A stretch of 64,000 nucleotides of DNA from an uncultured Gammaproteobacteria bacterium (GTDB lineage Bacteria; Patescibacteriota; Microgenomatia; Levybacterales; UBA12049). Positions 1 to 10,300 of the stretch are shown here, piece by piece. Location: positions 71,782 to 135,781 of the forward strand of contig CAZWXQ010000002.1 of NCBI GenBank assembly GCA_964637955.1, in the 5' to 3' direction. Made by a program: the position numbers and the translations under genes. Each line of letters opens with the position of its first letter. Position 1 is the stretch's first letter. Under the pieces are notes generated by a model. It searched no databases. It was not told the DNA's origin and worked only from the letters and a program-made list of their open reading frames with translations.

Positions 1-11
1 AAAGCCGCGAG

Positions 12-2423
12 ATGAGTAGTTTGGTTTTGCCATACATGAATCAGGATCTTCACAGTACTGGAGAAGCAGATATATATGGAGATAGTTTTGCTGCTGTAAT
101 TCTTGGACGGGAGCTAAGATATGTGGCAGACACTCTTTTAATGAATGATATTCCAGATTCGGATCTACGATATTTAGCTGAATTTTTACAGACTCATTAC
201 CCGGGACAAGAAAGAGATTTACTTATAAAATTTATAAATAAGAAATACTTGGCTTCGCCAAATGTTTCCTTGGAAGAAAAGGTGGATTACCTTGCATATA
301 ATATCGAAAATTTGGGAGTTGAGGGTCTTATTCAAGTTGCAGAGCAAGTAGATAATGTAGCTGATTTTAGAAATTTTAAGAATAAGACAAGACATGAAAT
401 TGAAAAATATCTAAACGGATCTGGAAAGGAAATGGAAATTGACGCAGCTGATTTCATGACCTCGTATTTCTTAAAACATTTTGGGCATCTTTTTGATACG
501 GCCATAGATACAGATCAAAATAAAATAGATGTTTCAACTGATCTTGCAGGAAAGTGGTTTCAGTATTATTTCGGAAAACACAAACGGTTTTATCCTCCTG
601 AGTATCGCGAAGATGAAAAAAGATTTGAAATAAATGGAGGATATTATCGAGATTTATTCATGTCAGTTCGTGATCACTTCGGTTCGCAAAAAGATTCTAT
701 TAATTCAAAACGGGCAGTTTTGGCTTTGAAGCTTTTAATCGATGAGGGTGGTGGACTTACAACACCTGAAAATAGAGATCAAGTTGCGGAATATATTACA
801 AAAGCGCTTAGTATTGATGATGCCTTTTTAAGAGAAGTGGTAAATGCCGCAGCTCTAGAATCCGATGCAAAATTGGTTTCTTTTCCAGCAGCCCAGATTT
901 TGGCGCCTCTTATCTTCAGAGCTTTAGATGTGGGCAGTATAGATCCTGAAAAAGTAGCTGATGTAGATATTCCAATAAATATAGATGATTTTACAGGAGA
1001 GATATATTACAGTAAAAAGCTTAAAGATATATTTCCAGAGAGAGATATCGCTCACATTACAAGCTCAATCACTCGTGATATTAAAATATTTGGCCCCAAT
1101 TATGCAGGCCACACACAGTCTGCGATTTTCTCACTCGCACAAGAAAGTGATCTTTTATATGAGCAGTTTAGAGCTAAATTAAAAGAAATATTTGGCGATT
1201 TAGAAGAAGCACCTATTTCAGTTGAGCCTGGAATTGAATTGCCACTTGCCACTGAAGCATTAATTAGAGCGGTAGAAGTAAGTGGAGCAATCGGAGTAAG
1301 AGCGCTTCAGCTAACATCTCAGTTTGAAGATTTACCGCCAGTTTTAGAGAGGAGACTTGCTCAGTCATTTGATTCAAATCATGGTATGGAAAAACTGAGA
1401 TTCTGGATAAATCTCGATAAGTTGGCATCTGAAAATCCTGAAATTGAAGAATTTGTTAAGAGAATTAGTCTGGGAAATTATTTAGGGGGAGGAAGTCTTC
1501 AAACCACTTATCAAGCAAGACATGTTTCCGAAGATGGTATTGAGAGCGATGTAGTTCTGAAGCTAAAAAATCCGAATGTAGAACATTTCGTAGATGAGGT
1601 TTATGAATCATCTAGAAAAACCCTTGAAAGAGTTATTTCTGATTCGATTGATCCAAGATCTGTAAAATACGCAAAAACTGGTCTTATGCTTCTTGATCTC
1701 TCAAGAGCTTGGTGTAAAGCGGACATACGAACTACAAATTACGAGGAGCTTGATGATAGATTTAGATCTACAATTGAATCTTTTAGCGCGAATGATTATC
1801 AAGTTTATGCACCAGAAAGAGTTCTAACTCATCCAAAATTAAAAGTAGAAGCATTGGGAGAAGGACCAACTGCTAACAAGTACCTGCAAGATGAAGCAGT
1901 AGCTTCTGATGATAAACGCGAAGTAGTCGCTAGACTTGCAAGATTCTTCCTTCATCAACTAGAAGATCCAGCGTTTGTAAATGAAAATGGTGAAGATGTT
2001 TATCTTTTGGGATCAGATCCTCATGTTGGAAATTTCTTAGTTGGGGAAAATGGTGAGATTGGAGTAATCGATAGAGATTATTATCTAGAATTCTCAAAAC
2101 CTGACATAGATCTATTTAATAAATTGATTTATGGGTCTAGCTCAGCAGATTTTGCACAAGCATTTGTGGATAGACTTTTGGATATAAACAAAGTTCGAGG
2201 AATAAGTAAGCAAGTTCAAAAAACAAAAATACTTGGAAAATTAGGTATTCAAAAAGCAAAAGGAGAGAGTGACAATATGCAGCTCCTAAGAACAATCTTA
2301 TCTGAATTCATTAGTGCAGACATGGAAGTTCCAGTGGAAATAAGAGTTATGGTTAGAAATATTGAAGCCTTTAAGAAGCTGTGTAAAAAATATAGTCTAG
2401 ATCTTAGCGGATTGAGAAATTAA
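12..2423 (+). CDS. ABC1/UbiB-family atypical kinase domain protein (803 aa; N-terminal ~480 aa of unknown function). May be 5'-partial: no in-frame stop between window edge and the ATG at 12.
   Basis: Motifs LGGGSLQTTYQARH...VVLKLKNP (ABC1 glycine-rich/Lys region) and GSDPHVGNFLVGENGEIGVIDRDYY (ABC1 catalytic HADxHPGN-like loop and DFG-like IDxD). The ORF continues uninterrupted to the stop at 2421-2423. Confidence 0.6.
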   Translation: MSSLVLPYMNQDLHSTGEADIYGDSFAAVILGRELRYVADTLLMNDIPDSDLRYLAEFLQTHYPGQERDLLIKFINKKYLASPNVSLEEKVDYLAYNIENLGVEGLIQVAEQVDNVADFRNFKNKTRHEIEKYLNGSGKEMEIDAADFMTSYFLKHFGHLFDTAIDTDQNKIDVSTDLAGKWFQYYFGKHKRFYPPEYREDEKRFEINGGYYRDLFMSVRDHFGSQKDSINSKRAVLALKLLIDEGGGLTTPENRDQVAEYITKALSIDDAFLREVVNAAALESDAKLVSFPAAQILAPLIFRALDVGSIDPEKVADVDIPINIDDFTGEIYYSKKLKDIFPERDIAHITSSITRDIKIFGPNYAGHTQSAIFSLAQESDLLYEQFRAKLKEIFGDLEEAPISVEPGIELPLATEALIRAVEVSGAIGVRALQLTSQFEDLPPVLERRLAQSFDSNHGMEKLRFWINLDKLASENPEIEEFVKRISLGNYLGGGSLQTTYQARHVSEDGIESDVVLKLKNPNVEHFVDEVYESSRKTLERVISDSIDPRSVKYAKTGLMLLDLSRAWCKADIRTTNYEELDDRFRSTIESFSANDYQVYAPERVLTHPKLKVEALGEGPTANKYLQDEAVASDDKREVVARLARFFLHQLEDPAFVNENGEDVYLLGSDPHVGNFLVGENGEIGVIDRDYYLEFSKPDIDLFNKLIYGSSSADFAQAFVDRLLDINKVRGISKQVQKTKILGKLGIQKAKGESDNMQLLRTILSEFISADMEVPVEIRVMVRNIEAFKKLCKKYSLDLSGLRN

Positions 2424-2737
2424 ATTTTTCCCTCGCCGCTTGTATTTGGCTGTGAAGGTCCGTTAACTTGTCCTTCAGATTGTACAGCTGCTTGTGGAGC
2501 TTGAGCTTCTGCTGTTGGATATAGTGGTCTCGTTGTCGGATCATTTCCTTCATTTTTTGTGTACCAATCAGGATCCTTAAGTGTGTGATTCGCCACGATT
2601 TCATCAGTTGTTGCTGGGCGGGAAGGGGTATGTACATTTGCTTCCATTACGGTCTGGTCAGCTCTTAGGGCTTGATCCGGAGTCATTAAGTGTCTGTGTT
2701 TTCCGACGAAGTCTTTGAATGATTGAATACCACTCAT
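2420..2737 (-). CDS. hypothetical small protein (105 aa) with a Q/P/T-rich C-terminus
   Basis: It is the only sizeable ORF in this gap, though the overlapping 2404..2637 minus-strand frame is an alternative reading. No recognisable domain and no obvious RBS. Confidence 0.3.
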   Translation of the reverse strand: MSGIQSFKDFVGKHRHLMTPDQALRADQTVMEANVHTPSRPATTDEIVANHTLKDPDWYTKNEGNDPTTRPLYPTAEAQAPQAAVQSEGQVNGPSQPNTSGEGKI

Positions 2738-2805
2738 AATCTATTTTTAACTTATCACAGTTTGGGATTCTTGACAATATTCTGACAAACTAGTACGCTA
2801 ATTAT

Positions 2806-3585
2806 ATGAGCAAGTTTTTAAAGCTTAGTATATTTTTTGGTTTTTTTATCTTCGTATTTTCTTTGGCTACAGCTACTTACGCTAGGGAAGATGAATCAGA
2901 AAACGAAACAAACGTTACGGCTACAATAACTCCTACAAAGGTTAAAGAAAATCAGCGAAATAATCAATTTAAATCAAAATTAGCAAAAGAAAAAGAAGAT
3001 GAATCTGAAATAGAAGATGATCTAATTTCTGTTTCTCCAGGAAAAAATAGAGAGAAAAAAGAAGCTAAGATTTCCAAAGCTATGGAAAGAAAAGCAAGTA
3101 AATTATCTGAAACAAGACTCAAAAAATGCGAAATAGTAGAAAAACATATAGATAACAGATTCAAAACACTTCTATCGCTCGGAGTAAATACTCATAAAGG
3201 AAAAGAGAAAATCGTAGAAAGAGTGGATAATTTTTATGCAAATAAATTGGCTCCTGCTGGTTATACGCTTTCAAATTATGCTGCTCTTAAAGCTGATATC
3301 GAAACTAAAGAGGCAGCTGTTCAGGCAATTCTTGATGAGGCTCAAACAAATGGAGAAAGTTTCAGTTGTGATTCAGAAGATCCAAAAGCTCAAGCTGATG
3401 AATTTAAAACAAATATCCAGGCTTTAATCGCTGCAAATAAGGCATATAAAACTTCTGTAAAAATATTTGTAGTAGCAGTAAGAGATTTGGCTAAGAAGGC
3501 AAAAGCTGATAAGATGGTTCCAAGTCCAGTAGTTTCGCCAGTTACGTCACCAGCAGTAAGTAATGAAGTGACTGAGACACCTTAA
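2806..3585 (+). CDS. hypothetical secreted Lys/Glu-rich protein with an N-terminal signal peptide
   Basis: N-terminus MSKFLKLSIFFGFFIFVFSLATATYA|RE is a classic signal peptide. The rest is charged with coiled-coil-like character. A TTGACA hexamer lies at 2771-2776 upstream. Confidence 0.55.
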   Translation: MSKFLKLSIFFGFFIFVFSLATATYAREDESENETNVTATITPTKVKENQRNNQFKSKLAKEKEDESEIEDDLISVSPGKNREKKEAKISKAMERKASKLSETRLKKCEIVEKHIDNRFKTLLSLGVNTHKGKEKIVERVDNFYANKLAPAGYTLSNYAALKADIETKEAAVQAILDEAQTNGESFSCDSEDPKAQADEFKTNIQALIAANKAYKTSVKIFVVAVRDLAKKAKADKMVPSPVVSPVTSPAVSNEVTETP

Positions 3586-3588
3586 AAT

Positions 3589-4005
3589 ATGGATCAAAAT
3601 AACACAACAACACCAACTACATCAGCTCCAGCTACTACACCAACACCGGTAGTGCCTGCTGCTCCTGCAGTGACTCCGACGCCTTTAACTGGCCCAGTGG
3701 TCTCTTCTCCTAAAAAATCTGGAATGGGAAAGAAGCTTTTGATTATTGTTTTGGTTCTGATTATTGTTCTGGTAATTCTTGGTGGAGCAGGTTATTATTA
3801 CTATGCGAATATGATGAGTAAGCCTCAGGAGGCAAAAGCACTTCCTACACTTGCTCCAGTCATGACAGCAACTCCTACGCAGGATCCAGAAGCTATAAAA
3901 GACGAAAATGACCTTGAAAAGACTGTAAGTGAGCTTGAAAATGCGAGCGATGAGGCAGAAATGACAACTGAATCAAAATCCTTGGAAACTGATTCTAACT
4001 TCTAG
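3589..4005 (+). CDS. hypothetical single-pass membrane protein with a Thr/Pro-rich N-terminus
   Basis: Low-complexity TTPTTSAPATTPTPVVP region followed by a TM helix LLIIVLVLIIVLVILGGAGYYYY. The start is 4 nt after the upstream stop. Confidence 0.5.
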   Translation: MDQNNTTTPTTSAPATTPTPVVPAAPAVTPTPLTGPVVSSPKKSGMGKKLLIIVLVLIIVLVILGGAGYYYYANMMSKPQEAKALPTLAPVMTATPTQDPEAIKDENDLEKTVSELENASDEAEMTTESKSLETDSNF

Positions 4006-4325
4006 GTTTCTCGTGTAATTAATATTACGCCTTCGTCAAATCCTCCAAGCCTTTCTAATTTTTCTTTTCTTGCAGTATTAATTTCATTTTCCGAAACTCC
4101 TTTTAAAGCAGCGAGTGAAATAATAACTTGCATTAAGTCTCCAGCTTCTACAGCAATCTTTTTACCTTCGCCATCAAATATTGCTTCAATTAATTCACGA
4201 GCCTCTTCATCCAATTTTTCTATATGTGAGTCAACTAAATCTTCTTCGGATTCGACAGTCGTGATCTTCGTGCCAGGTAAAGGAGGCAAATGCTTATATC
4301 CATCTCTGACTAATTTTCTTTCCAT
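4002..4325 (-). CDS. MazG-like nucleotide pyrophosphohydrolase (108 aa). The track ORF extends to 4517, but the internal Met at 4325 is the likely start.
   Basis: The protein begins MERKLVRDGY... The KLVRD motif, the EEARELIEA...DLMQVIISLAALKGVSENEI helix pair and the C-terminal ...EKLERLGGF are typical of the small all-alpha MazG/NTP-PPase family. The 64 upstream codons of the track ORF are hydrophobic junk and would overlap the divergent giant gene's promoter region. Confidence 0.55.
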   Translation of the reverse strand: MERKLVRDGYKHLPPLPGTKITTVESEEDLVDSHIEKLDEEARELIEAIFDGEGKKIAVEAGDLMQVIISLAALKGVSENEINTARKEKLERLGGFDEGVILITRET

Positions 4326-4379
4326 GGAGGAGATTATAATAAATAGAATTTTGGCAGTCAATTTTGCTATGCTTAAAAT

Positions 4380-7300
4380 ATGACAGAAACACTGCCTATT
4401 CCTATTGCTGCTGTAAATCTCCAGCCAAATCTGTCTGAAAGTCCTTACTATACACCAGAACAAAGAGCTCAGATATTTGAGGTTTGGGCTGCAGAAGAGG
4501 CGAAGATTCAATTGCAAGCTGCAAGTGATATGCAGTGGGAAAATGGGATGCGGATGGAAGCGACTTTTCCATCTTCTGATCTTGATCTATTGTTTTTCAA
4601 ACATGAATCAAGCGATGGAAAGTGGATAGGAGCAGAAATTAATAGAAAGTCTCTTCAGCACTTAATCAGACAGGAAATAGAAGGTTTATTATCATCAGGA
4701 AAACTTACTTCTGTGCCGGAGATAACTGAGCAGCAACTAAAATCTACGCGCCTTTATGGGTTAATGTTAAAATTATATCCGACTTGGCAAGAAGCGATTG
4801 CATCATCATATAGAGGTGCTATAAAACCTTACACTTTCTCAGCTGATTTGCCTCAAAAATATTGGAAAGGTGAGAAAGGCAAGGAACGAATCAGTGAAGC
4901 AGTTAAATTTATTATTGAGTCCCGTTTATTTATCAAAAAAAAGGATCCTGAAGAATTTAGAAAAGCGCTTCTTTCACTTTCTCCCAATTTATTGCCATAT
5001 ATTGGAAATTCTATTAGAAAATTAAATCCGATTAGATCTGAACAAGTTATTATAGATGCGTATCCAGAGTTAGGGTTAAAATTAGAAGATTTTGAAGTAG
5101 GAAATTATTGGCATAGATTGCATAATCTAGACGAGTTCTTGTCTGGTCCAGATGCAGCTACGGAAACAAGGCAGAGATTATTTCATCATCTTAGAAATCT
5201 TACAGATAAAACTTTATTGCTTCATGAGGAAGCTATGCGAAAAAAAATAAGTTCAAGTAATGGAAATGGATCACACGAATACTTGCAAGATGATGAATCT
5301 GTAGCTCAAGCCCTAGAAGGTGATCCTGAAGCCAGTCATTATTCAGAAAGTGAAAAAGAAGAAATACTTCAGATTTGGGAAAGATTACAAAAGAAAAGAG
5401 TGCAGGAAGAATTGAAGCTTGATGAATATGTAGCAGAAGATAAAGGTTATATTTATGCACATCAAGACAGGCTTGCAGATTTAGTACTAATGATTGAATC
5501 CGGGCAAGAAGTAGCTAATTTAGTAAAAAATAAAACAGAAGCAGGCATTTTAGTTAGCAGTATGATTGGACATGCCCAGAAAAGTTTGGGGTTCGCGTTA
5601 AAAACTGATGAATTTGATGAAAAAGTATTGAACCAGTTAGGAGTATTAAATATCATAAAGAAGTTTTATCCTCATTATCAGGTAGGTCTTTCAAGATCTT
5701 TACCATTAACCAGACCTTATCTATTTAAAGAGCCTCTACCCATAGATTATTGGAAAGGAAATGAAGGAAGGAAAAGATTAGGAGAAGCTATCAGGACTGT
5801 ATTGGAAGATCAAATCTGTCTAGAAAAAGTAGATCCTGAAACTTTCCGGAAGATTATTCTTTCTATTTCAGCTGAAACTATGCCATTTCTAGGACCAACT
5901 TTAAAAGAATTAAATCCAACCAATCCTGAAGATGCGCTTATTGCAGCATACCCTGAACTTAAGCTTCGAAGAGTGGATTTTTTACCCAGTACATTCTGGT
6001 CGGAGCATGTAAATGTACAAATAAATCCCGTTTCTGAATCTGAAAAAAATATGTTAAGAGCAGAACCTTCTATGCGTCCAAATGCATTAAAGACCAGGAG
6101 AACATTAATAGAAAAAATGAAAGAGTCTCAAGAAGATTTAATTCAGCGTCGTATTTTAGAACTTCGAGAAGTATTAGATTCTGAGGGTAAGGTATCTGAC
6201 GCTATTCATGTTGGAAATATTGTAGACGGCGTAACTTCTGAAGAAGGAAGAGATGAGCAAATTCAGCTAGAAAGCTTGGATTCAGGTTTGGTATCTGCTG
6301 ATCCAGAGGCTGAAGATAGCGCTGAGCAGGTTGACTCAGTCGCTTCTGAAGAGGTCCGGTATTATTCAGAAAGAGAGCTTACAGATATATATAAACATTG
6401 GGGGATATTGACTGATAAAAAAGTATTGGAATTAGAGCATAAGGAACAACAATATCTTAAAGATAGCCAGTATATTTCTAAAAATAAAGAAAGAATTGGA
6501 AGACTTATAAATGCTTTAATTGATGGTCAAGATATCACAGAAGAAGTTACCTCAGAAGTCGAGGCTCGCATTTTGGTTGGTGGTAGATTGGCAGATTTAA
6601 GAGATACTTTGGGGATTGCGTATGGTTCTTCAGATATTGATGCAAAAGCACTTGAGAATTTAGGACTTTTAAGTATTCTAAATAAATTTTATCCTAATTA
6701 TCAGGTAGGGCTTTCGCATGTAATGCGTAATTCAGCACCGCCTTACGCTTTTAAGGAGCCATTGCCAATAGGATATTGGAAAGGTAAAGGTGGCCAAGAA
6801 AGGCTAAATGAAGCGGTTAGGAGTACAGTAGAGCAAGTAATTGCTATTGAAAAGTTAGATCCTGAAGTTTTCAGGCAAGCTGTATTGTCTTTGTCTGCAG
6901 TTGATATTCCATTTATAGGTGCTGCAATAAAAGAATTGCATCCAGATTTTCCCCAAGATGCGATAATTGAAGCTTATCCTGAGCTTAAATTAAAAAGAAA
7001 TGATTTTAGTCCGGGAATTTTTTGGCATGATCATCTTATAACTGGATATGATCCATCACTGGATATAGATACAAAGTCAACAAAAGGACAATTTTTGAGA
7101 AAAAAAATATTAAATGATCTTGTTATTGTTCATCAGAGATTAGCTCAGGAGAAAGCGGGAAGAAGTCTGGAAGTTGGGGGCTTGACTGCAGGTTTGGCTA
7201 TATCAGAAACATCTATGCCAGAAGCTGTTCAGACAGAACAATTGGATTTAAGCTTAGTAAATTCCGAGCATTTGTCAACTGAGCTTGTAACTGCTGAGGT

Positions 7301-10300
7301 GCAGCTTAATCCAGAACTGGAAGCGATAATTCAAGAAGCACTTGATGGTAGAGGTGATGATTTTGAATTAGATTATGCAAAAAGTTACGATTTTCAAACC
7401 AAATTTAAAATTGCTGAAGCTTTGATAAGAGATGGAAGATTTCCTCATCCTGATTTTCTTATCGAAAACCTGGGTCCAAGTGAAAATGTTGTTGTTACCG
7501 AACTTAAAAATCAGCTTATAGCACTTAAGATAGAATCTAGACTTGAAAATAGTCCTGACTTAAAAGCTCTAATAGATAGCGGAGTTCCAATAGAAGTTGT
7601 TACTCAAATTGCAGTTGTGGAATTTTTCACAGATATAACTGATGAAGAAAAACTCGAAGAGCTTAGGTCAAGAATTACGCAGCCTGTTCTAAGAGAATAC
7701 CTTGGAATTTTAAAAGGACAAAAACAAGTTAAAGATTTAACCACTGAAGAAAAAATGGATATGATTCCGGATGAAGTTTTCTCAAATCCTCATATTGTTA
7801 AGTTTGGACTTCTTGAGAGATATTTTGAAGGTCAATTAATGCGCATGCTTACGGATAAAGGCATTTCTGAGGGAATGGCAGAGTTTGATAAATTGGTTCA
7901 GGAATCTCCTGCTGGAAGACAAGAATTTCTTGCTACGATCCGTGATAGGTTTTTGGAAATTGCTACAGCCCCAGCTCCACCAGGATTTCGATCTAAAATT
8001 TCGGTAAACGGGGAGTTAAGGCCATTTCCATCATTTGAACAAAATGCATTTTTGTATGATTTTATAAATAATAATTGTAGGTTTCTTACTGCTGAAACAG
8101 GATTAGGAAAATCTGCTACATCATTTATGGCAATGGAAAGTACAGACGCTAGGAAAGTTATGATTATTGCTCCAGCAATAGCCCGAGAAACCTGGAGAAT
8201 AGAAGAAGAGAAAATATTCACAAATCCTGGTCAAGTATTTATCGTAGAAAAAGCTGAGCATTTGTTTGATCCACAGATTTCTGAAAAAAAATACATTGTG
8301 ATTAGTCAAAATCTTCTAGGTACACTGGAAGGAAAACCGGAAGTGGCTACCAGAATTAAAGAATTAATAACAGAACAGGGTATAGAAGGTGCCATAATCG
8401 ATGAAATAGATAGTTTATCAAATCCAAGAGCAATTTCAGTAAAATCCACATTTCAAATACTTGATTTAATAAGAGCAAACTATGCTTTAGCTCATGACGG
8501 GAAAGAGGCACCAGTCTTAGGTCTTTCTGCAACTCCTATCAGAAAAAGTATCTCTGACTTAGATGCTCCCATGAGTATGCTTTACCCTGATTTGTATGCA
8601 AGATCTTTTGCAGCATCAAGTTCATCAAAAAGAACATTTAGTCAAAAGACTTTAAGTAACCCCGAAGTTGTTTTTGCTACCCTTATAGGCGAGAGAAGAA
8701 TGTTTCGATGGGAGAATGCAAATGGTGTTCAAGAGTTCAATTACGCCTCAATTCCAATTGATCTATCTCCATTTGAGAGAGAACTTTATGAATATGTTTT
8801 GGAAAGAGTACCAACGCAGTCGCTAGATAAAATCAGAATTCTAGAAGATTTACTGCTAAATCCAAATCTAATAAAAGCTGAAGTTAGACGCATCCAGAAA
8901 GATGGCATTGGAGAAGTTGATTTTATCGAGACTCTAGGAATTTTAAAAGGAGTAGCTAAAAAATGGAAAGACCATCATGGGGTTGATGCTCCACTTTCGG
9001 AAGATCAAATGCTAAGCATAGACAGGTTGGTAGAAATGGGATATACAGATTTGGCTATAAAATCATTTTTTACCCAAACGTATGATAATGGTTTGGACTA
9101 TTTAGTGGAATTATTCACAAGAGATACTGATGATCCGGATTTACAAACTTTAGGTAGATTCTGGAAGCCAAGAGAAATATCAACAAAATATGATGAACTA
9201 AGGCAAATGGTTCTTGATGGTCTAAGTCCAAGAACAGAAGATGGTCAGGTGGTCAGAGAAAAAGTTTTTATTGTGTCTCCTTCCAGAAAACAAGGAAGAA
9301 CAAAAGGTGTGCAGCAGAGAACAATTGCTTCTGAGAACGGAAGAGAAAAACTATATACAGAATCAGAACTTGATTACATTAATGATACAACTCTAATAAA
9401 AAGAATTAACGGATGGCTGGGAACTAATTATGGAAAAGACGCGGTAATGCTTCTTGATGGATCTATTCCTGTAAAAGCAAGAAATGCAATTATTCAAAGA
9501 TGGAAGTCAGATCCAAATGCGCAGGTTTTACTTGTAACTTTAGAATCTACTTACCAGAGTAGAGACTTTACCATTCAAGAAACTGTAAATGAATATGGTA
9601 TAAAAACTAAAGGTGTCACGAAAGTTTTCCTTGGATGGCCATGGTATCATCAGCAATTTAAGCAGATGGTTGGAAGAAGTCAGAGACAAGGACAAATAGT
9701 TCCGGTTAGAAATGTAGTCCTGGAAGCTAGTGGAACTATTGATCAAGGAAAAAGAGACCAGGTTATGTATACAGCGCTACTGACCAGACTTGCTCTTGGT
9801 GGAGCAAGGCTCACGCCTGAAGAACAAGAATTTTTCGACGAGAGAAAATCTTCAGCAAGATTAATTGATGCCGGATTAGATTCTACATACATGCGAGATT
9901 CTTTGGTAACAGTAAGAGCAAAAGGGGAGGATAGAGCAGTTGAGTTTTACGAAGCGAGAACGATTAGAGATAAAGAGAAAACAAATGAGGTGAAATTTGC
10001 AGAAAAATATTTCGACGAAGGGAATGATCAATATAGAGTTGCCGGTCAAAATTCTCAATTGGTAGCAGCAATCGCGTCTGAAACCCTTCCTAGTAATGCA
10101 AGAACTTTAAGTTTAGGCGCTGGAACACTTCTTTTTCAAAGAAGTCTAAAACGTCCGGTTGTAAACGTAGATATTAATAGCGCGATGATGGATGTAGCTA
10201 AACATCTCGTTGAAGAATACGGAGGAGTAAATGTGGTAGGTAGAGCTTCAAGACTTAATGAATCAGACTTTGTCAGTAATAGCTTTGATTTTGTGGATTC

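Noticed and set aside
985-1182. Numerous short internal or antisense ORFs from the track (e.g. 985..1182, 2964..3164, 3236..3427, 5233..5460, 7898..8221, 13980..14195, 28468..28776 and 36941..37183)
   Set aside because: All lie inside, or antisense to, longer ORFs with recognisable domains. They lack RBSs and are treated as frame noise.
4326-4517. 5' extension of the minus-strand ORF 4002..4517 (the 171-aa version of the MazG-like gene)
   Set aside because: The first 64 codons are hydrophobic/low-complexity and have no family resemblance. They would overlap the start of the divergent giant gene. The conserved MazG-like sequence begins exactly at the internal Met (MERKLVRD).
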